From assembly GCA_964036045.1 (NCBI GenBank), contig OZ038378.1, forward strand, positions 125,984,001-126,048,000: 64,000 nt of DNA. The letters run 5' to 3'. The DNA comes from Eutreptiella sp. 'Long Island Sound 2002'. Taxonomy: Eukaryota > Protista > Euglenida. Every line of letters starts with the position of its first letter. Within the stretch, counting starts at the first letter, position 1. A model generated the notes under the pieces. The model saw only the letters and a program-made list of their open reading frames with translations, made no database searches and was not told where the DNA came from. A program made the translations under genes and the position numbers. Shown here in pieces: positions 24,288 to 34,455 of this stretch.

Positions 24288-26203
24288 ATGAAACAGTCCC
24301 ACTGGAAAATAGCACATGGGCTCAGATCACCAAAGGTATACGAGAAGTCAATCTGAGAAGGGGTTCTTGATCACAAAGTTACCCGAGAAGTCAATCTGGG
24401 AAGGGCTTCCTGATCAAAAAGGGGTTCCTGGAATGGGGTTCCCCCTGGGTTCCTAATTAGAAAGGGGTTCGTGAAACGGGGTTCCCGTGCACTTCCTGTT
24501 AAGACACCATGTGCCTATGTTTTCTGGATGGACCGCATGGTGACCTCCATTGAGACTGAGGCTCCCAAAGTGCTGAGCAAGCCCTATTTTGACCTTGGGC
24601 AAGAGCAGCAATGTGAGCGGCTGGCATTGGCACAACGCATGGTGCGGGCAATCCCTCAAGATCTGGAGGTTTCTTTTCGGCGCGATCCCACCGGTGTGGT
24701 TTTGCTGAAGGGTGGCAGTGCGGACAATTCAGGGGAGGTGATCGCAGTGGCTGCAGATGTCAACGGATATGCCGTTGATGCGTTGCGCCGCGCTCGCGCA
24801 ATGCAACTATCCATGCGACAACCATTGCGGTTGCCTCGTAGGTGCACTGGGGATGAGGTGTATGAGGCAAGGCGTGCGCTAACGCCGTACGATGCCGTGG
24901 CCGTGAGTGCGCGGGGACACGGGGGCAAGAAACATGCGGCGGCTGCGGTTTTTTTGGCGGATCTTGTAGGTGAGCAAGTGCGCCTTGCACAAGAAAAAGG
25001 GGTGTTCACCCCCCCCAAGGGGCACAAACAAGATCCCCGTGTAAGTATGCGCGGACGCCACGCCATTGTGCCAGGCCGCTGCCACCCGCTGCGATGTGTT
25101 TGTTGGGGTTTGGCCTGGTGGCCTAGCGAGTGCGGCCAACCCAGACAATTGGGTAACGTGGTGGGTCATGGAAGGAAGTGGCGACCGTGGTCTTCTATGT
25201 GCAATCCATGCCGAGGCAGGGCTTAACGCCCAAATTGAACATTTGGAGTGAAAGTGCAATGTGCCCTTGGAGGGCGGCACAATTTTGGGGTATGGGGTGG
25301 GCATAATGGGCGACGGCAAGGGCATGCAGGTCGCCAACTACTCCCCGGACGGAAAAGTGTTGGTCGTGTGACGACCATGACAGCTTGGAACCGGTAGAGG
25401 GGGTTAATTAACAAGTGAGATGTGGGGCCTTCCTCTGGGCCATCCCGCCCCCCCCCCCCCCCCCAGCAATCCGTACATTCCGTACTATGCCCATGCAACC
25501 GCCCGTCTTTGCTATGCGACCCAAAAGAGGTTGCAACAAGATGTCTCCTCCTGGGTGCAAGGAGACGGTTGGGGGGTGATTGGCCGCCTAAGGATGTGTC
25601 GGGCGACTTGATGCCAGCCTCACAAACCATCCGTCAAGCGGACCGTGTGGTCTTGCGTCAGACTAGGAAGGACGCCTTTGACCTAACCTCTGCACGTGTC
25701 TTTCTAGATGACACACAATACCAACAAAGGGTAGTTGACCTACTCAAGGAAGACGACCCCAAACGTAGGGCACCCAATTGGGCAATAAAGGTGTACACCG
25801 TAGTGCACACCATGTTGCTTGCCCTAACCCACCTTCACACATTGTGGACGAAAAAGGCCTACCTTTCAGATGTTGATGTTGAGGAAGCCGAAAGGTGGGC
25901 CAACAAATTGGGGGAACGTTGGAAATTGATGGGCCGGAGGGCAACGGTATCGGTGCATTGGACCGTGTGCCATAGTGGGTGGTTTGTGCGGAAGTACCGC
26001 ACAATGTACTTTTTGAGCTGACCGAGAGGAGCAACTCGGCCTATAAAGTGCACATCCAAAACAGTTTTCGTGGGTGGTCGGTGAAGAATCCACGTGAGGG
26101 GCATGCGGCATTTGCTCAACATGTATGGATTGAATGTTGGGCTAAAACGTGTCGGGAGCCCATCCATGGGGACAGGGAGAGGGCAAAAGAGGAACAGGAG
26201 TGA
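24288..26203 (+). mobile_element. Decayed DDE transposase 2, RAG1-core/Transib-like
   Basis: ATG 24288; phase-0 GT-AG intron 24336-24503 joins ORF 24471. Then CADATP (D 25054-25056), WWVMEGSGDRGLL, GIMGDGKGM (D 25312-25314), CWSC (25358-25369), YAHATARL, VHWTVCH (Hx4H, 25956-25973), TERSNSAYK (E 26024-26026). Motifs are joined across frameshifts and one stop. Confidence 0.75.
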
Positions 26204-26739
26204 ATAACATGGCCTTGGGGAGGTGTCTTTTGTTGCGCCACTTGTGCATGTTCAATTTCAGGTAGGGGGTCCGGGAAGTCATTTTGAGAAGGGGTTCCTG
26301 ATCAGAACGTAGACCGAGAAGTCATTTTGAGAAGGGGTTCCCCATCACAAAGTGCCTCTGGGAACCCCCCGGGAAGGTCCGAGAAGGCAAATACAAAAAC
26401 AGCCCATTTGGGCCGTTGGGCCCGGGACTGAAAATTTTCCACATGTAGGCACCCAAGAAGCTATGAAAACACCCCCCGTCCAATTGGACCACCTACATGT
26501 GTTCGGTTTGGAGTTGGGGTCAACCCAATCCAAGACTGGGCGAGGTTGCCGCTACCCCCTTCTTGGTTTCACCACAAAACAAAAGGTGACATCGGTGACA
26601 TAGCAATGAACTATGAATGAACTCTGTGCCACAAGCCAAGCCTCCTCAAAACATAAGCTCCGAAGTTCATAGTGTTCACATCTTAGAGTGAACCCAAGCG
26701 AAGAGGGTGAGACCTTGAGGCAGCTTTCTATTCCCTTTC

Positions 26740-27118
26740 AATCTTTTTTTTACCATGTATCGGAATATGTAGTCACAATTCAGTCTCTATGTTAAATTTA
26801 TTGTAATCTAGATACTACACCATCTCTTTTTGGGACTGCGGCTATGATCTTATCCTTCTTTTGGTTCTTGCGTTTCCTTCATGTGCTTTATTTGTATTTA
26901 GGAACACCTAGTGACTTTGAAAGGCACAACACAAAGCAAAATATGAGAACAGGAGGCAAAACCCAAAAGTTTTGGTGCTCGTACTTTGGTAATAAATGGG
27001 AGTAATGCACACATCCATGTGCATACAAATTCCGAAATATCATATCGTGTCATGTCATGTCATGTGCCTGCTAATTCTCGTTGAGGCAAAATTGCCGAGA
27101 GAAAAAACCAACAAATAA
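26740..27118 (-). mobile_element. 379-bp AT-rich insertion unit, copy 2 (abuts and truncates the dioxygenase 3' end)
   Basis: Reverse complement of 16301-16679. The last residues of ORF 27055-28047 (YLLVFSLGNF...) are read from this insert. Confidence 0.85.
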
Positions 27119-28465
27119 TCGTATAGTATAGGGATAGTGGCATTGCCCAATAACAGCACTCGTCTCCACCATGACGCCGGCTTGGAAATAGGTGTACACC
27201 CGCCCGCATGGGCTAAGTGGCTGTACAAGACGAAATAGTCACCACGTCGCAGCAGGATGGGATTAGGGTCCCATGGACGAGGCAAACCCTCAAGGCTATG
27301 TGGCAAGAAGGTGCCATCAACGGAATACAAGTCCTCGTCCAAGGCCGCAAAGACGAACACCACACTCTTCCCATCGGGAACCTTCATCATGTCGCGATGG
27401 TGGGATTGCACTTCACGCCCCTTGGCACCTATTGCGGCCGCTTGGTACGCCTTGTGGTCCCCACTCCACGTGTTCTTGAACAAGCGGAGAACGAGTTCTG
27501 TGAATGACATGAGGGCCTCATATTCATGGTATCCAACACCCGATCCTTCTACGTCAACATTAGGAAGACGTAGGGCAAACATCCGTGTATTGCCCCAGTC
27601 CGGACCACGGTGAACCCCCGAAAAGTCATTGAATACGAGTTCCCAGCTGTCGCATGGTTGAGTTTCAAGGGCTTCCACAACCTTATCGAGCATTTCCATG
27701 GGCACCGCTCCTTTCCACATCAAGTGTGCCGTCCCATCCAATTTGTTTGGGTTTTCGTTGAAGGTGAACTCAGAGCGCGATACACCAACCGTGGGCGAGT
27801 TCCCAACCCCGACCCATGGCAACGGACATTGCCTCGGTAGTGCCACAATTTTCCCCGCCATGTGGGATGGGGTGCTAATGCCCTGCACCGGATCCGCAAA
27901 GGCAAATCCGGAATTGGTTGCCAACCAAACCGGAAAGGTGTCCATCTTGGAGGCCGGCAATACATGCTCCTTGTGACCGATTGGGGCACTTCCAGAGGCA
28001 CCACGTGTCATCGCCGAGGGGCTCGGCTTGGTGCTTGCGAAAACCACAGAATAATCCGCATCCTCTCCAATTCAAAAAACCACATGCCCTGGGCCCGACC
28101 GGTGGGTTCCTTCCGCTTGGCCTTATCTTTCGGCTTTGGAACGTGCGGCAAGATCCCCGCAAGAAGGCTCGCAACGTTCGCACTATTGAGGTGGATCAAA
28201 ACTGCCCAAAGCGTAGGATTGAGCATGAAGGTGGTGTGCATCAAGTCGCTAACGAGCCCGGGCTCCATCTCTCCAAGAACACTCCGCGGTGCCTCGATAC
28301 GCCCCACCGTAGTGCTGGGATTGAACTTGACCCTCGTGGACAGCACGTCGATACAGATGTCTCCTCCACCTCGGCAGAGGTGGCGACGATAAGACGGTTG
28401 CCCAAGCGATCATTGGCTTCCCACAACCAACGACCAAGGACGGGGGGAACGGGCATGGGGGTAAC
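27119..28465 (-). pseudogene. Fe(II)/2-oxoglutarate-dependent dioxygenase (DSBH fold, PhyH-like signature), 3'-truncated, frameshifted near 28030
   Basis: ORF 27055-28047: QSHHRD (HxD at 27391-27399), hydrophobic strand SVVFVFAALDED, then ILLRRGDYFVLYSHLAHAGG (distal His 27208-27210) and WWRRVLLLG (candidate 2OG-binding Arg). This is the canonical HxD...H...R order. Confidence 0.75.
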
Positions 28466-28529
28466 TAATGGACCAAAGGTGCAAAGGAGACGAAAGTGGA
28501 CAAGCGATGAACACACACACCCAGGAACC

Positions 28530-28680
28530 CCCAGAAACCCCCCCGAGAAGTCATTTTGCGAACCCATTTCTGATCATGAGGCCGCCCGAGAAGTCATTTT
28601 GAGAACCCCAATCTGATCAAAAGGTGACCCGGGAAGTCCCGAGAAGGTGTCCGAGAACGGTTCCTCGGGTTTTTGAAAAA
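28530..28680. repeat. CCGAGAAGTCATTTTGAGAA motif cluster upstream of the dioxygenase exon
   Basis: CCGAGAAGTCATTTTG occurs twice, as at 26270-26330. A minus-strand acceptor-like CCATTAG| lies at about 28465. Confidence 0.65.
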
Positions 28681-30339
28681 CCGCCCCTATGTTGTTTTAC
28701 CCTAAAGCCAGAGACGGCCCCCCCTTAGTTTTAATCCCCCGAGCCCCTCCAATTGTTTTGGGCCCGCAACACCTCGACGGGGGGGCAGGGTCCCCGGCAG
28801 GCCCGTTTTTTTTTTGGGGGGGGGGGTTCCTGGTATTAGCTTCCCGGTTGCACCGCCTTGCTCCTATGTAGCGCCGCTAATGCGACTTCAACCCATGACA
28901 TTGTCAAAAAAAGGTGCCTTAAATTCGAGGGTGCAAACCACTTGGAAAGCTACCCTTTTTGTGAAAAGATAGACAACAGTTCCATGGAGCTTGACCCAGT
29001 GTTGGTGACCTTCACACGAAGGAATCCAAAAATGCAACGTAAATAATCACAAAAGTCCTTTGGTGATAGGAAACCGATGCTTTCATACTTGGGCTAGGTA
29101 CTACAACACTGTTTGATGTGTTTTTCACTATTATGTTGGAAATTGATAGAAATTCGGGGTCTTTTCTTTATGTGAGTTTTAATATTGAAGGGGGCTTAAG
29201 GATTGTTTTGAGGAAAGGGTACTAGCATGATATGGAATTAAGTTCTAGTGTAGCCCAAAGGGTAAGGCAATTCGTCTTTCTCCTCCCTAGTACTTTGTTG
29301 GATCCATTAAATGCACAGTGGCATAGAAAGAGATGTGGAAAAGGCAAGATTGACTCACTGTCGCGTCATGATCCTGGGATCACATGAAACCATCCAAAAA
29401 AGTGCACACCCTAAAACGTGCAAACATGCTATGTACATTTGCTTCTCAACTTGATGCAACCGTGTAAGTTCAAGAGAATGATACCCTTCCGTGGGTCTCC
29501 AACCCTCCTTTTGGTCCCGTTTGAGCAAGGTACGTCGTTGTGGTTGATACGGACGCGTTGTCGTCTTGTTCACAAGAGGTTGACACAAGTTGTTCACATG
29601 AGAGAAGGAAACGCGTATGATGAGCGATATTCGCAATTAAAGAGGATTGTCATTCCAGAATGGCAAAACTTTCACTCTTACCCGAACGTGCAAATGAAGA
29701 TGATTTACCGCACTTACATTCCCAAAAAGTGAAGTCCTAATAATGCTAGAAAAATGTGCGAAATTCGATAACACACCTTTGTAGATTGCATCTGCGATTT
29801 GCCAGTATTCTTTGCGATTCCTCTTCACGAGACCCTCGCCGAAGACGGTGAAATACTAAGAACTAGCACAGCAGCTGGCCCCCGTAAGCCGCAGGCTGGT
29901 GGGCAGAGAAATATAAATTCTAACAAAAATTCTATTACCTTCGGCAGTGCTCCTCGAACAGAGGCGGACAGTCAGTGAGTCAGTCCCTTAGGCAGGCCAG
30001 CAGCCAGTCAAACAGAAACACACAGTTTGGGTATTTCGTCCGTGGCAGACGCGGCCCCAAGCAGTGGTAAGATGGTTCATCTCAAGGCAAGCAGTGGCCG
30101 GACGCTAATGCAGCTGTCCGCAGAATTTTTGGACGGGGGTTCGAACCCCGATCGGGCGAATATGCCGCTGCCGCCGCCGACAGTCGGCCGACCAGGATTC
30201 GAAATGCCGACCAAAAACTTTGCGTCGGCTGCATTACCATTTGACCGGCGGTGGTGTGACAGCGCTATGCCTCCCCTAGGCTTGCAGCCTTCTGAGCGAA
30301 AACTTTTGACCCCGACTCCCATCCCCCCCCTTAAAAAAT

Positions 30340-33300
30340 GATATCGAGTTTTAGCGGAGTTCGTATGTGTCAGCCGCGTGATTGCGGAGCCTTGGAGGCA
30401 ATGCTTCGCGGTTTCCCCCGTTGACATTGGTGAATCGGAGGACCTCCTCTATGATGTGCAACTGAATTGCGTTCAGGGGTACATGGATTGGCCCTTTCAT
30501 GACTAGGTAACCCAGTGAGAAGAGAAATGCCAGGACAAAGCCTGGTGGGAAGTGGACGCCATCATTTCTGGTTCCTACGATGGGAATACCTTTGTACGAA
30601 GGGTAGTGGACCACATGTCCAGCCAGGACGAGCCAATTGGTGGGAACCCCCCCCCCTATGGCGATCTGTTCCGCGGCAAGGCCCGGGATGGGCCGATGGG
30701 CCACTTGGAGAGACCCCTAGGGCCGAGAACGAGTGGGGTCGCCACCCCTCAAATAAGCTCAGTTGTTCAGGTGCACGGGAAGGCGAAGGCGCAGTCCGAT
30801 GAGTGCCCCAAGATCCAGGCATTGAGGGTCAGGCTGCAGCAGAAGTATGGTGGCACCTTCTTCAGTGGAAAGCCTGTGTTCCCGCCACCGCTTCGTGGAC
30901 CGTACGGTGAAGCAGAGATACAACTGGAGCCAGACCCCCGTGTGTACCGGCACCGGCAGTTTGCCCTCAGGGGCGAGAAGAAAGAGGCTATGGAAAAGAT
31001 TTACAGGGAGTTCATCGACCGAGGTTGGTTGGAGCCCTGTCACTCCGAGTGGGCCTCCCCATGCTTCGTCGTCCCAAAGAAGGTGGCCGGGGACTGGCGG
31101 CTGGTGGTCGACTACGGCGGTCTGAATGCTCAGGCGCCGCATGAAAGCTATACGCTCCCCCTGATTGAGGACATGCTGCAAAAGCAATTCCGGCGGAGGA
31201 TCTTCACAATGATTGACCTGAAACAAGGTTATCACCACATACCTCTCACCGAGGAGTTCCGTGCTTGCACAGCCATGAGCACCCCACTTGGTCCACTCTA
31301 GTGGAAGGTGATGCCCATGGGTGTTACCAACAGCGATGCAGCTCTCAAGAGGATGCTGGTGGAGTTGCTGGAGCCGGTGAGTGACTGTGCAGACCACTTT
31401 GTCGACGACGTGATCATTGCGTCAGGGGACCCCAGCATGAGCTACGACGAGCTGCTGGAGGCACATGAGAGGAGTCCTGGTCCGGCACAAACTGACGGGC
31501 ACCAGTGATAAGGGCACTATCGCGGTAAGCGAAGTGGTCTTTGCCGGCCACGTAGTTGGCAACGGGCAACGGAAGCCCAGACCTGGAATGGTAACGGCGA
31601 TGGAACACTGGGAAAAGCCCAAGACGGTGTCCGAGTTGCGGGCATACCTGGGTTTCGCAACTACTACTCGGGGAATATCAAGATCTATGCCGGGTATGCA
31701 GCCCCCATGACGACCATGCTCAAGGGCAACTGGGAGGAGTTCAAGAAGGGGTCCAAGAAAGCTGTGGTCTGGAATGAAGAGTCCGACCGTGCGTTTAAGG
31801 GAATGAAGCAGGTGCTGCTGTCCGGAGTGGGTCTGCACCTCGTGGATCCGGACCGAGGGTTCGTCCCGGGCACAGAAGCCTCCGACTACACCATCGGCGC
31901 CGTGTTGGAGCAACTGCTTGACTATGGGAGGCACGAGCCCCTGGCTTTCTGGAGCCGAGTCCTGGCGGAAGGCCAGAGGCGGACATGGACGCCCCGTGAG
32001 AAGGAGGCGTATGCCATCGTCATGGCTCTCAGGAAGTGGGCCGGGTACATAGCTCTGCATCCCGTCATGGTCTGCACAGACCATCACAGTCTGCAATCGT
32101 GACACAAGGAGCACCTCGACACCCCCTCAGGACTAGCCCCCCGTAGAGCAAGATGGCAGAAAACCTTGCCCCAATTCGATCTCACGGTGGTCTACGTTTC
32201 GGGAAAGGACAACACTGTGGCAGACTGTGTCAGCAGGTGGGCCTATCCCGCCAGCAAGGGCATGACGGACGTCTCTGCCCATGGCGATGAGGCTGAGACC
32301 GCTGAGGCCAAGAAGATCATTGATATGGAGCCCATGATTGAGGAGGAGGGTGTCAAATGCTTCGTCATTATGGCCACAGATGCTCCCCTTGGAAGAAAGG
32401 TGAGCAGAGCGGTCCGAGTACTCGCCCTAGAGGGCGCTGAGTCCGACGAGCATCTCTTCCCTGAGTTGTGCCTGAAGAATGACTGGACCGACGACTACGC
32501 CAAGTCTGAGGGTTTTGAGTCCAAGGACCGGGCTCTTACTGACCCTGACAACGGGCTGAAGTAGCCGAAGGGACTCAACAAGGAAGATGGCAAGCTGTAT
32601 TGGAATGGTAGGTCGCTAGTACCGGAGTCCTGGGTGCTTGAGCTATGTGAAGCTTGGCACCACCACAGGATGCACCCAGGGGTTAAGAAGCAAGCCCTTG
32701 ACATGCAGCGCGGGTTGGAGATCGATGAGATCGGCCTCTACAACGCCATCAAGCAAGTGCAGAAGAGTTCTTCCATATGATAGGCCTGCAATCCTGACAA
32801 TCGGAATGTCCGGGGGGAAGCCCAATAGACGCCGATTCTTGATCAGCCCATGGAGAATGCGGCCATGGATGTCTCCTCCATGCCCGAAGTGCATATCGGA
32901 AAAATAGGTTTTCGATTGTGCGGTCCTGTGTGTGGACGGACACAGTGGCTACGTCGTGGCCGTCTCGGCGCGCAAACGGGGGTCGTTAGCCATGGAAGTG
33001 GTAGTCATGATGATTCGTCATTGGGTGACCGTCTTCGGCCTTCCCCGTACCATTTGCAGCGACCGTCGACCCCGGTTCATTGGCGGCTGGTTGAAAGCCA
33101 TGTGTTTCCTCATGGGGATACGGCATGCCAAGAGCGTCGGCTATCTCAGCTGGTCCAATGGCCGAGCTGAGGTGGCTGGTACGCAGCTGTTTGAGAAGCT
33201 GCCAAAGATCCACCTCATTAACAAGCGGCGCAACTGATTTGAGGAGATGTGGCCGGCTCTCAAGGCCAATAATGAAACCCTCACACCGGGTTGGCCGTCG

Positions 33301-33982
33301 CCTTACCAGATTCTGTTCGGCAGGGACCCCCTGGGTTGGGGACTCCCCTTGTCAGGTGAAGGCATGGCAATGGATGCCAAGCAGTTCTTCGAGCGGCAAG
33401 AGACCACGGCGCGGGAGATTTGCCAGCAGCTCGAGAAGGAGCACGCCGTGAGACCCAAGACTGCCCCGAAAGTCTGCAGCGCATAAGTTCAGGTTGGGTC
33501 ACCCGGTCCAGGTACTGAGACCCCGGCCTATGGGCACTCACGGCACCAAAACCTGGTTCAGACCTGGTGAGGTGGTCCGTAGGATTGGTGAGGACACCTA
33601 CCGCATCAAGGCGGGCCCCGGACAGTTCAGGGAACGACATGAAAGTAAACTCCGTGCCCGTGAGCGTGATGTCCGTGGGAAACATGTGTCCCTGGACTAG
33701 GTCGCCCATGAGGCCAACTTTGACGACAACTATGGTGAGGAGGACGACAACCCCATCGAGAAGATCCTGGCCCAGCGTCAGAGTGATTCGGCGCCTGGAA
33801 GAGTGGAGTTCAAGGTGCACTGCAGAGAATATGGGCCCTCCCATGACACCTCGGAACCCGTCCCTACCTTTGTGCCGCGGATTAAAGCCCCTTTCATGGA
33901 GCATGTCCACAGGCACAAAACAAAGATCCAGGTCCCTGATTTGGAGGCTCTGACCAGAGCGATTGAAGCCAGGGGCGACTGA
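30340..33982 (+). mobile_element. pol: Decayed Ty3/Gypsy (chromovirus-type) pol: RT, RNase H, integrase, chromodomain
   Basis: RT: WASPCFVVPKK..WRLVVDY..LN, IDLKQGYH, MPMG, FVDDVII. RNase H: EASDYTIGAVL..REKEAYAIV..TDHHSL. Integrase: H..MH, VVMMIRHWVTVFGLPRTICSD, SNGRAE. Chromodomain: IEKILAQR..VEFKVH..YGPSHDTSEP. Order RT-RH-INT. Many stops and frameshifts; no paired LTRs or clear gag/protease found. Confidence 0.95.
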
Positions 33983-34244
33983 TACCCGGCCCGAGCTCTC
34001 CCCTGAATGAGCAGATTGAGCACAAGTCTGTCAAGTTGTCAGTACGTCCGTCGCTTGCTTGCTCTCTCCAAGCTCGGGTGCAATGTCGTTCCGGTCGAGT
34101 GGTTCAGATGCTGTGCAAGTCGAGCAGCCCCCCAATCTGGTGGTTTGACACAGCCGTTGTGTGTCGCTCAGACCTTTGCAAGATGCCAACCTCCCGAAGC
34201 CGAGTTTGGCGGACCCAGTTCTGCTCGCTCTGTCTCTCTCATGG

Positions 34245-34455
34245 TTGGTTGACCCCCCCCTTGCTGAATCCATGGGAAACCAGGTGGGACCACCTCCCTT
34301 GCCAGGCCAGATACCCGAGCAGATGGCCACACCCCCGCTTGCTGAATCCGGCAGGAACCAGGCGGACGGGTGGCCTACCTCCACCGTCCCGACTGTCACC
34401 AGTTGTATGTCACTCCCCCTCCTGATGCATCCGTGGAAAACCAGGTGGGGCGACT
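34245..34455 (+). repeat. Three degenerate copies of CCCCCTTGCTGAATCC...AACCAGGTGGG in the Gypsy 3' region
   Basis: Copies begin near 34255, 34333 and 34415. Confidence 0.6.

Noticed and set aside
22488-28680. CRISPR-like array from the repeated about 20-30 bp motifs
   Set aside because: The repeats are degenerate, irregularly spaced, lack unique equal-length spacers and cas genes, and the context is eukaryotic.
29430-29560. N6-adenine methyltransferase remnant (TFAS...WVSNPPF) upstream of the Gypsy pol
   Set aside because: Only two short motifs, with a stop between them and spacing shorter than I expect; no surrounding support. A frameshift-aware HMM search would be needed.
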